DNA from: Bacteroidota bacterium
Lineage (GTDB): Bacteria > Bacteroidota > Bacteroidia > Bacteroidales > CAIWKO01
Assembly: GCA_037128515.1 (NCBI GenBank)
Contig: JBAXWF010000010.1
Coordinates: forward strand, 12,742 to 76,741
Direction of reading: 5' to 3'
Length of the DNA stretch: 64,000 nucleotides
Shown: positions 8,064-15,307 of the stretch, one piece after another
How positions within the stretch are numbered: the stretch's first letter is position 1
Layout of the letters: each line of letters starts with the position of its first letter
The notes under the pieces: generated by a model
Databases searched by the model: none
What the model saw: the letters and a program-made list of their open reading frames with translations, nothing else
Told to the model about the DNA's origin: nothing
Translations under genes and position numbers: made by a program

Positions 8064-8157
8064 TAAAAAAACCGCGAAGCTCTTTTTTTAGGGGTTTAGG
8101 CTGTAGGCTTTTTGGCTTTTAGGAAAGGGGAGGCAGGGCCTTCATTTTATAAATCGA
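8064..8157 (+). repeat. REP-like element, most complete copy (head plus GTAGGC tract plus core)
   Basis: A-run, CCGCGAAGC, T-run, AGGGGTTTAGGCTGTAGGCTTTTTGGCTTTTAGG, then AAAGGGGAGGCAGGGCC and CATTTTATAAATCGAT. It joins the head seen at 7214 to the core seen at 6581 and 23556. Confidence 0.75.
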
Positions 8158-8438
8158 TATAAATCGCAATGCGTAAGGATGCGATGTAATCCCGAAGGGA
8201 TTTAAGGTTTATAGAAAAATAAAATTCAAATAAATCTGCGACTCCTTCGGAGTCGAACTTGTGCATTATTGGCCTTTTCTATAAACGTTTGATAACTTTG
8301 GCAACGATGAAAAAAAAACTGCGAAGATTTTTTTGTATATGTGCACCCTGCACGCGCTGGGAGACGCGCCTGAGCAGGGATTTTATTATTTTTGATTCGT
8401 ATTATTAAATAATTTAAAAAAACTCACCGGGCTAAAAT

Positions 8439-9008
8439 TTACGGATTGGGCGAATACAAATAGTTATAATTATTTTTATTATAATAAAACTTGTAAACGC
8501 CTGTTGGTCTGACTCTGAAGTGAACATTATAGGAATCCTTATTCCCATATTCTGTTGAACTACAGAAATCTCCATTTTCTCCATAATTTAAATTAGGCAC
8601 AAATTTCCTGTTTAAGTACATTTGTACCAACTCATCTATTGCAGGCAAATACCAATCATCATAACCATATAATTCATAAGAGTCACATGTATATGCTGCG
8701 GTCTCGAATAAATGATTTAAACTGCCATTAACTATCTCATTCGTATAGGGATCCTGATAAGTAGCTTCATCTGTAAAATACTTGATAATTAGCTTTGTAT
8801 TTGCTTCCCCATCTGAAGGAGAATTGGCATTTGTAATACTATTACGACCCCACATTTCATCGCATCGGATATCATTAGGCGCACAAATCAAGCCATGCTC
8901 GCCTGTTTCATCTATATAAAATATTATACCTCCTTGATATTTCTGCCCAAGTTTAAATGATGACTTTTCTTCCTTCGTAATCTTCTCAATATCATCTATT
9001 AAATACAC
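8439..9008 (-). CDS. DUF1566 (Lcl C-terminal-like) domain protein, probably secreted; the true start is uncertain
   Basis: The 189-aa ORF uses a GTG start. The GGIIFYIDETGEHGLICAP and DDWYLPAIDEL blocks match the DUF1566 pattern. The reading frame stays open upstream to 9179 and encodes a signal peptide there (see findings). Confidence 0.7.
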   Translation of the reverse strand: MYLIDDIEKITKEEKSSFKLGQKYQGGIIFYIDETGEHGLICAPNDIRCDEMWGRNSITNANSPSDGEANTKLIIKYFTDEATYQDPYTNEIVNGSLNHLFETAAYTCDSYELYGYDDWYLPAIDELVQMYLNRKFVPNLNYGENGDFCSSTEYGNKDSYNVHFRVRPTGVYKFYYNKNNYNYLYSPNP

Positions 9009-9308
9009 ATAAATATTCCCATCAGCTGTTTTAATCTTAATTGATTTATTGGGTATTTGTTCAATTATTATCCCACTAATGATGCTGCCATTTTTCAGAT
9101 AAACAACATCTTTGTAATCTTGGGCACTTAGACTTAAGCTTAGAATAAATAAAAATATTAGGAGTATAATTTTTTTTATAAAATCATGTTTTTTTTCCTA
9201 CTCATCAGGCTTTTCAGTTACCGCCCCCATTTTAAACTCCTTGTTGGGTCAAGGCCGTTTTTTTTCCGGTCTCTGGTCTACGGCTTTAATTGTTATTTAT
9301 TTTTTTAA

Positions 9309-9362
9309 AACTCATCCGATAACTCTTTTTCATTTTGTTTTGTCAAAGTTGTCGGATGAGTT
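9309..9362. terminator. Long hairpin between gene 9377-10120 and the DUF1566 gene
   Basis: AACTCATCCGATAACT (9309-9324) pairs with AGTTGTCGGATGAGTT (9347-9362), a 16-bp stem with one T-G wobble. The T-rich tail GCTTTTGGGTTTTTTT is on the + side only, so the direction of termination is unclear. Confidence 0.4.
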
Positions 9363-9376
9363 GCTTTTGGGTTTTT

Positions 9377-10120
9377 TTATGGTATCACTTGCTCATAGGG
9401 GCCTGTCCAGGGACCGGCCAGTTCGGGGTGTTTGCTGTTGTGCCAGCGAAGATAAAACAACAAGTAGTTTCCGGTATTTGCGGTTCCGGCATCCACAATA
9501 AAGGTGGTTTTTGAATAAAATACTTTTTCGGTGCCATCATCGGCACTCATAAGGGCTAGGTGTTTGACTTTCCCAGCCAAATCATTACCGCCAGATATTG
9601 AGGAATCTAAAGGAGGAACGATTCTTTGAGCTATCATCACTCCATCCGCTTTTTCGGCTTTACTGGCCAAGGTTTTATCGTTGTTGGTGCTGCAGGTAAG
9701 TTGCACTTTTCCGCCTGTGAGAATTTTTACAGATACAAAGCAACTTTCGGTAATTGGTTTCGTAACAACCGTTTTGGTTTTGGCCAAACCTGTTTTACGG
9801 TGCAGGGTGGTACGGTCCGTATCGGTCCATACGGTGGCAGGAATATCATTATAAATTTCGGTTAAGAGATTTTGTAACTTTGTTTCAAGGGTTTCCAAGG
9901 TTGCTTGCTGGGTTTCCGAGGTTGCTGGTTGGGTTACTTGCGTTGGCTGGGTAAGTTCATAAGCCACGAACAAACCAACCACAGAAAACCGCGGGTTAAT
10001 GCGGGTGGTTTCGGAATAAAAATTATTTAAAAGGTTTTTATCGGTAAGGTAATTGCGTGTGCTTACAGAAACAAGGGTTTCAGCGTGCGAACCAATTAAA
10101 TATTGAAAGATAGGATACAT
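9377..10120 (-). CDS. Hypothetical protein; the intact member of a local paralog family (conserved N-terminal block, short heptad tract, beta-rich C-terminal domain)
   Basis: 247-aa ORF. Its 5-prime 230 nt share blocks with 23741-24036 and 52711-52816. The heptad-like tract reads TSETQQATLETLETKLQNLL. The C-terminal 170 aa have ordinary globular composition and end RWHNSKHPELAGPWTGPYEQVIP. Confidence 0.55.
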   Translation of the reverse strand: MYPIFQYLIGSHAETLVSVSTRNYLTDKNLLNNFYSETTRINPRFSVVGLFVAYELTQPTQVTQPATSETQQATLETLETKLQNLLTEIYNDIPATVWTDTDRTTLHRKTGLAKTKTVVTKPITESCFVSVKILTGGKVQLTCSTNNDKTLASKAEKADGVMIAQRIVPPLDSSISGGNDLAGKVKHLALMSADDGTEKVFYSKTTFIVDAGTANTGNYLLFYLRWHNSKHPELAGPWTGPYEQVIP

Positions 10121-10354
10121 CTTAAATATTTTCAGAGGCTAAAATTAAACAATATTTCGTTAAATTTACATTCTCTTTAAATAAAAATCATAAAAAAAGT
10201 TAAAATAAGCTAAAATAAGTTTTAGCCAAAGGGTATCTGCTAGTTAGCACTAAAACAATTTGTTTAAAAAGAAATCCACAGTCGGAAGTTGGCAAGCTTT
10301 GCACGCTTTGCGTTTAATTCTTCCTAAACGCCTAAACGCCTATTGGCAAAACCC

Positions 10355-11326
10355 CTAATGCCCCTTCAGTTCCTTCACTGCCGCAATCAGTTCGGGCATC
10401 ACTTTGAGCACATCGCCCACAATGCCATAGTCGGCAGCTTCAAAAATGGGCGCATCGGGGTCTTTGTTGATGGCTACGATGCATTTGGAACCGCTGATAC
10501 CGCCCAAATGTTGTATGGAACCCGATATGCCGCAAGCAAAATACAGATTGGGGGCAATCACTTTTCCGGTTTGTCCGGTATGTTCGTCGTGGGGTCGCCA
10601 GCCTTCGTCCGACACGGGACGCGAACAGGCGGTTCCGGCTCCCAGCAATGCGGCCAAATCTTCAATCAAACCCCAGTTTTCAGGGCCTTTCATACCGCGG
10701 CCGCCTGATACTACAATTTCGGCATCGGTGAGCAAAATCTTTCCGGTGATTTTATTTACTTCTTTCACTGAGGTTTTCAGTTCGGCGGGCTTCACTTCGG
10801 GATTGAAGGCTTCAATGGCACAATCCACCGGTGATTCAACCAACCCAAAAGCATTTTGCAGCAGGGTGATGATGCGCACAGGTGTTTTGATTACTATGTT
10901 TCCCAACGCCTTAGAGGTATACACCTTTTTGGTGATGGTGAAAGGATCGTAGCTTGGCGGAATGGCAGCAGCGCCTGTGGCCAATCCTGCTTTCAATCGC
11001 ACCGACAGCCGCGGTGCCACGGCTTTTCCTGTGTTGTTGTGCGCAAAAATGATGACGTTGGCATTTTCTTTGGCAACGGCTTGTGCTATCACCGAAGTGT
11101 AAGCCTGGTTGTTGAGCCATTTCAGGTCTTCATTGTTGCAGTTCAACACTTTCGAAGCGCCATAGGCGCCAAGATTTTTTAATTCTTCTTCGCTCACATT
11201 TCCAATGGACAGAGCCACAACGGAGGTGCCCAGTTGGTTTGCGATAGCGTGTGCGTATGATATCAACTCGAACGAAAGTTTCTTAAACTTTCCGTCCCAA
11301 TTTTCGGTATAGACTAGTACACTCAT
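10355..11326 (-). CDS. etfA: Electron transfer flavoprotein alpha subunit
   Basis: 323 aa with the C-terminal FAD-binding block (IVAINKDPDAPIFEAADYGIVGD) diagnostic for EtfA. Confidence 0.93.
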   Translation of the reverse strand: MSVLVYTENWDGKFKKLSFELISYAHAIANQLGTSVVALSIGNVSEEELKNLGAYGASKVLNCNNEDLKWLNNQAYTSVIAQAVAKENANVIIFAHNNTGKAVAPRLSVRLKAGLATGAAAIPPSYDPFTITKKVYTSKALGNIVIKTPVRIITLLQNAFGLVESPVDCAIEAFNPEVKPAELKTSVKEVNKITGKILLTDAEIVVSGGRGMKGPENWGLIEDLAALLGAGTACSRPVSDEGWRPHDEHTGQTGKVIAPNLYFACGISGSIQHLGGISGSKCIVAINKDPDAPIFEAADYGIVGDVLKVMPELIAAVKELKGH

Positions 11327-11342
11327 AATTTTCTGTTTTTTG

Positions 11343-11390
11343 GTTTTTAGACTTTTAGACTATAGGCTGTAGGCTTTTAGACTATAGGCA
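11343..11390 (+). repeat. TAGACT/TAGGCT tract related to the REP-like element, in the etfB-etfA spacer
   Basis: GTTTTTAGACTTTTAGACTATAGGCTGTAGGCTTTTAGACTATAGGCA has the same GTAGGC/TAGAC heptamer-type sequence as 6542-6589 and 7241-7269. Confidence 0.5.
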
Positions 11391-11391
11391 A

Positions 11392-12141
11392 TTAAATTAA
11401 TTTTGCTTCGTTGTGAAGGAGATTAACCAGTTCCTTAACGTTCTCAGGGTCTATCTTTTTGCAAGCCGATTTGGGTTTTGGCATTTCAAATCCCACAAAT
11501 TCTGTCAAAGGTTCCACGGCAACCGCTTCCACCACCTGCAGCGGTTTTGATTTTGCCATCATGATGCCGCGCATATTGGGAATGCGGGGGTCTTTGGCAA
11601 TGCCTTTTTGAACGATACCAATAAAAGGAAGTTGGATAGCAACGGTTTCCTGTCCGTCATCAATTTCGCGTTTCAGTTCCACCTGTCCGCCGGTAATTTC
11701 CAGATGTGAGATGGCCGAAACGGAAGGCCAGCCCAACATTTCGGAAAGCATTCCGCCCAAAGAATTGCCGTTATAATCGCTTGACTCGATACCACACAGC
11801 ACCACATCGAAGGGTTCTTTAGCCAAAACATCAGCAATCTGGCAAGCCACGAAATAAGTATCTTTGGGTTCGGCATTCACGCGAATGGCTCTGTCGGCAC
11901 CAATTGCCAATGCTTTGCGTATGGTAGGTTCGGTATCAACCAAGCCCACATTGATTGCGGTTACACTTTCAATACTTCCGGCCTGGGCATCTTTGATATC
12001 GAGCATACGCGTCAATGCGAGCTCATCCCAGGGGTTAATGATCCACTGAACGCCATTTTTATCAAAAGAGCTGTTGTTGTCAACAAATTTGATTTTTGTG
12101 GTGGTGTCAGGAACATTACTAATACAAATTAAGACTTTCAT
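11392..12141 (-). CDS. etfB: Electron transfer flavoprotein beta subunit
   Basis: 249 aa. The N-terminus MKVLICISNVPDTTTKIKF and overall pattern are typical of EtfB, and it lies directly upstream of etfA. Confidence 0.93.
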   Translation of the reverse strand: MKVLICISNVPDTTTKIKFVDNNSSFDKNGVQWIINPWDELALTRMLDIKDAQAGSIESVTAINVGLVDTEPTIRKALAIGADRAIRVNAEPKDTYFVACQIADVLAKEPFDVVLCGIESSDYNGNSLGGMLSEMLGWPSVSAISHLEITGGQVELKREIDDGQETVAIQLPFIGIVQKGIAKDPRIPNMRGIMMAKSKPLQVVEAVAVEPLTEFVGFEMPKPKSACKKIDPENVKELVNLLHNEAKLI

Positions 12142-12270
12142 TTTTTATGATTGTTTTTTATTAATATTTTTTTTGAGGAATTCAGGAGTTATAAATTGAA
12201 AGTTCGGCCTAAGGAAGAAGATGATACTAATCCCCACTACTATCTACCATCTACTATCTCCAAAATTTCC

Positions 12271-13410
12271 TTACTTCAATAGCGAGCGCGAAATTACAAT
12301 TTTTTGTACTTCCGATGTGCCTTCATAAATTTGTGTCAATTTGGCTTCGCGCATCAGGCGTTCCACATGATATTCTTTCACGTAGCCATACCCGCCATGA
12401 ATTTGAACGGCTTCGGTGGTTACTTCCATGGCCATATCGGCGCAATATTGTTTTGCCATAGCACTGGCAATGCCATAAGGCAGATGCTGATCTTTCAGCC
12501 AGGCTGATTTTAGACAGAGGTTGCGTCCGTTTTCAATTTTCACTGCCATATCGGCCAATTTAAAGGCAACGGCTTGATGATTGAAAATTTCGGTTCCGAA
12601 AGCTTTTCTCTCTTTGGAATATTTCAACGCACGTTCGAAAGCACCCGATGCTATACCCAAAGCTTGTGATGCAATGCCAATGCGACCACCGTCGAGGGTT
12701 TTCATGGCGAAGGAAAAACCGAATCCGTCGTCGCCAATTCGATTTTCTTTAGGAACTTTCACATCGTTAAACATCACCGAATGTGTGTCGCTGCCGCGCA
12801 TCCCCATTTTGTTTTCGTGGGGTCCGAGGGTGATGCCCGGTGTATCTTTATCCACAATAAGCGCATTGATGCCTTTGTGTTTTTTTTCGGGATGGGTTTG
12901 GCAAATCACCACATAAGTGGAAGCGCAATTGGCATTGGTAATCCAGTTTTTGGTTCCGTTCACCAGATAATAATCGCCTTTGTCTTCGGCGGTGGTGCGT
13001 TGGGATGTGGCATCTGAGCCGGCTTCGGGTTCTGACAGCAGGAAGGCGCCTATTTTTTGTCCGCTGGCCAGTGGCCTGAGATATTTGTCTCTTTGAAAAT
13101 CATTACCGAATTCCTGAATACCCCAGTTGACAAGTGAATTGCAAACCGACATAATGACAGATACCGATGCATCCACCTTCGAGATTTCTTCCATAGCCAG
13201 CACATAGGATACGGTGTCCATTCCGCCACCATCCCACTTAGGGTCGGCCATCATACCAAGGAAACCGAGTTCCGAAAGCTGTTTTACTTGTGATGCAGGA
13301 AACTCCGACTGCTCGTCTCTTTCAATAACACCAGGCAACAATTCGCGTTCGGCAAAATCTTTGGCTGCCTGTTGAATCATCAATTGTTCTTCAGTAAATT
13401 CAAAATTCAT
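12271..13410 (-). CDS. Acyl-CoA dehydrogenase (short-chain/butyryl-CoA type)
   Basis: 379 aa with ACAD signatures (FLLSEPEAGSD, QIHGGYGY, YEGTSEVQ). It is adjacent to etfBA. Confidence 0.93.
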   Translation of the reverse strand: MNFEFTEEQLMIQQAAKDFAERELLPGVIERDEQSEFPASQVKQLSELGFLGMMADPKWDGGGMDTVSYVLAMEEISKVDASVSVIMSVCNSLVNWGIQEFGNDFQRDKYLRPLASGQKIGAFLLSEPEAGSDATSQRTTAEDKGDYYLVNGTKNWITNANCASTYVVICQTHPEKKHKGINALIVDKDTPGITLGPHENKMGMRGSDTHSVMFNDVKVPKENRIGDDGFGFSFAMKTLDGGRIGIASQALGIASGAFERALKYSKERKAFGTEIFNHQAVAFKLADMAVKIENGRNLCLKSAWLKDQHLPYGIASAMAKQYCADMAMEVTTEAVQIHGGYGYVKEYHVERLMREAKLTQIYEGTSEVQKIVISRSLLK

Positions 13411-13509
13411 AGCTTTTATTTTTAATAATTAATACTGTTTCAGCTTATTTTTTTACAAACCTACAATTTTATTTTGAAATATCAAACTTTTTTGGTGTAT
13501 TGATACAAA

Positions 13510-14337
13510 TCATTTTTTGAGTTTTTTGTGAGTATAAATCATCTTAGTTATGTAAATACAAATAAATTCAATCATTTTCTTTTTTACTTCAATTTCCGCT
13601 TCAAAATGGGGTACATGTCCGCAATCATTAATAAACATCACATCAAGGGGACTTTTAATTCTGCGTATTTTCGATACGAGTTGCTTTTCGGTTCCATAAC
13701 AATCGTTTTCGCCTTGAATAGCCAACACAGGACAGGTAATGGACGAAAGATATTTTTCAATATTCCATCGTCGGTTTTTTGGATTAAGCCAAACATGGCT
13801 CCAACCGTAAAACATTAAATCGGTTTTATCGCCATGAAATTTTCGCAATCGATATTTTAATTTTCCAAGTTCAAATTCTTTTACAATGTTTTTTATGCCA
13901 GAAATAGTTTCTTCTTCGCAAAAAAGATGGTCGGCTTCGGTAATGACTCCACGCACTTTTTCGCGAAAACGCGAAGCATATAACAGGGCAATTGAACCCC
14001 CATCGCTGTGGCCAACAAGAATAATGTTTTCGGTTATTTTTAGTTGCTTAAGCATTTCGGGTAAAAACAAAAATGCTTCATCCTTAAGATATTCTTTCGT
14101 TCGGGGTTCGGAAAAGGCTTGCGACTTGCCATATCCATACCTATCGTAAACTAAGACCGGACATGCCACTGTGTTGCCAATAAATTCAGGGAAATCTTTC
14201 CATTGTTGCACACTTCCCAAACCTTCGTGCAAAAAAACCAATAAAGTGTAGCCGGGTTTTAGCAGGTCGGGATTTATAAACTCGTAATAGATTTCCTTAC
14301 CACAAACTTCAATCGTACTACAAATCTTTGTTTTCAT
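13510..14337 (-). CDS. Alpha/beta hydrolase
   Basis: 275 aa with the nucleophile elbow GHSDGG and the HG oxyanion motif (FLHEGLGS). Confidence 0.8.
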   Translation of the reverse strand: MKTKICSTIEVCGKEIYYEFINPDLLKPGYTLLVFLHEGLGSVQQWKDFPEFIGNTVACPVLVYDRYGYGKSQAFSEPRTKEYLKDEAFLFLPEMLKQLKITENIILVGHSDGGSIALLYASRFREKVRGVITEADHLFCEEETISGIKNIVKEFELGKLKYRLRKFHGDKTDLMFYGWSHVWLNPKNRRWNIEKYLSSITCPVLAIQGENDCYGTEKQLVSKIRRIKSPLDVMFINDCGHVPHFEAEIEVKKKMIEFICIYITKMIYTHKKLKK

Positions 14338-14341
14338 ATTT

Positions 14342-15286
14342 TCAGAAGTTTGTTATACTCAAAGTATTTTTAGCTTCCAGAAACTCTGCAATAATTTCAT
14401 TTAAAATTTCGGTTGCAGGTTTAATTTGGTGGATTAAAGCGGCCACCTGACCTATTTCCAGTTCGCCTTCGTCCAAATCGCCCTCAAACATTCCTTTGCG
14501 GGAACGGCCACTGCCCAACAAATTTAGAAGTTCTTGCGCTGAAACTCCCGCCGACTGTTTTTCTTCAATCTCCTGAAAAAACTTATTCTTAATCATCCTT
14601 ACGGGAACAAGCTTTTTCAAGGTAAGAAAAGTATTGCCATCGCTGCTTTCGATTATCTTTTGTTTGAAATTATGGTGAGCCGACGATTCTTCCGAAGCAG
14701 CAAACCGACTCCCTATCTGTACACCGTCGGCACCCAGGGCCATGGCAGCCAGCATACCACGACCGGTTGCAATGCCACCGGCTGCAATTAAGGGAATAGA
14801 AATTTCATTGCGTAGTAAGGGAATTAAAACCAGGGTGGTAGTTTCTTCTTTACCGTTATGACCGCCGGCTTCGAAACCTTCGGCTACAATGGCATCAACA
14901 CCCACTTCTTCGCATTTTTTTGCTGACTTTACATTGGCCACCACATGCACCACAGTTATTCCATGTTCCTTCAACCACGGTGTCCATTTGGCTGGATTGC
15001 CGGCAGAAGTGAAAACCACAGGCACATTTTCGGCAATGAAAATCTGAATAAACTCTTCGGCTGAAGGGAATAATAAAGGAACATTTACTCCAAATGGCTT
15101 ATCTGTATTGGCTTTGCATTTACAGATATGCTCCCGAAGTATCTCCGGTGTCATAGAGCCAGAACCTATTAGACCTAACCCACCGGCATTGCTCACAGCC
15201 GATGCTAACTCCCAGCCACTACACCAAATCATGCCGGCTTGAATTATTGGGTAGCGAATCTTAAGAAGTTCAGTAATCCTGTTCAT
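14342..15286 (-). CDS. NAD(P)H-dependent flavin oxidoreductase (nitronate monooxygenase / FabK-like)
   Basis: 314 aa. The blocks YPIIQAGM, GGLGLIG and IPLIAAGGIATG are typical of the NMO/2-nitropropane dioxygenase fold. Confidence 0.85.
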   Translation of the reverse strand: MNRITELLKIRYPIIQAGMIWCSGWELASAVSNAGGLGLIGSGSMTPEILREHICKCKANTDKPFGVNVPLLFPSAEEFIQIFIAENVPVVFTSAGNPAKWTPWLKEHGITVVHVVANVKSAKKCEEVGVDAIVAEGFEAGGHNGKEETTTLVLIPLLRNEISIPLIAAGGIATGRGMLAAMALGADGVQIGSRFAASEESSAHHNFKQKIIESSDGNTFLTLKKLVPVRMIKNKFFQEIEEKQSAGVSAQELLNLLGSGRSRKGMFEGDLDEGELEIGQVAALIHQIKPATEILNEIIAEFLEAKNTLSITNF

Positions 15287-15307
15287 TATCGGGTTTTCGA
15301 ACTTCTG

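Noticed and set aside
6545-8157. Integron-like cassette array (CALIN), with the REP-like elements acting as attC sites.
   Set aside because: Each TA unit has its own promoter box, whereas integron cassettes are typically promoterless. I could not find the R''/R' (RYYYAAC...GTTRRRY) boundary motifs or the imperfect long palindrome of an attC site, and no intI gene is present. I kept only the weaker statement that the units are repeat-bracketed cassettes.
8240-8260. GGAGTCGAAC resembling the complement of a tRNA T-arm, suggesting a tRNA gene or fragment as an integration site.
   Set aside because: The hairpin loop is only 3 nt instead of the 7-nt T-loop. There is no acceptor stem, no anticodon arm and no CCA-proximal sequence. 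I saw no tRNA-like cloverleaf anywhere in the window.
8417-8430. A 12-nt match (CCCGGTGAGTTT) between 8417-8430 (inverted) and 23637-23650, as a further piece of the repeat element.
   Set aside because: By a rough count, exact 12-mers are expected by chance hundreds of times among all position pairs in 64 kb on both strands. The match has no collinear flanking similarity.
9241-9501. 86-aa plus-strand ORF spanning the hairpin and the 3-prime end of gene 9377-10120.
   Set aside because: It runs through a 16-bp hairpin and a T-rich terminator-like tract and is antisense to a better ORF. No promoter box is present.
10343-11182. Plus-strand ORFs (121, 168 and 108 aa) overlapping etfA.
   Set aside because: They are antisense shadows of a strongly supported gene, with Gly/Ala/Ser/Pro-rich low-information translations. 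The same reasoning applies to antisense ORFs inside the other well-supported genes: the Fe-S gene (4454-5116), the thiolase and hbd genes (15431-16738), icmF (20282-23476), pyrG, the 1514-aa ORF, and others in the track.
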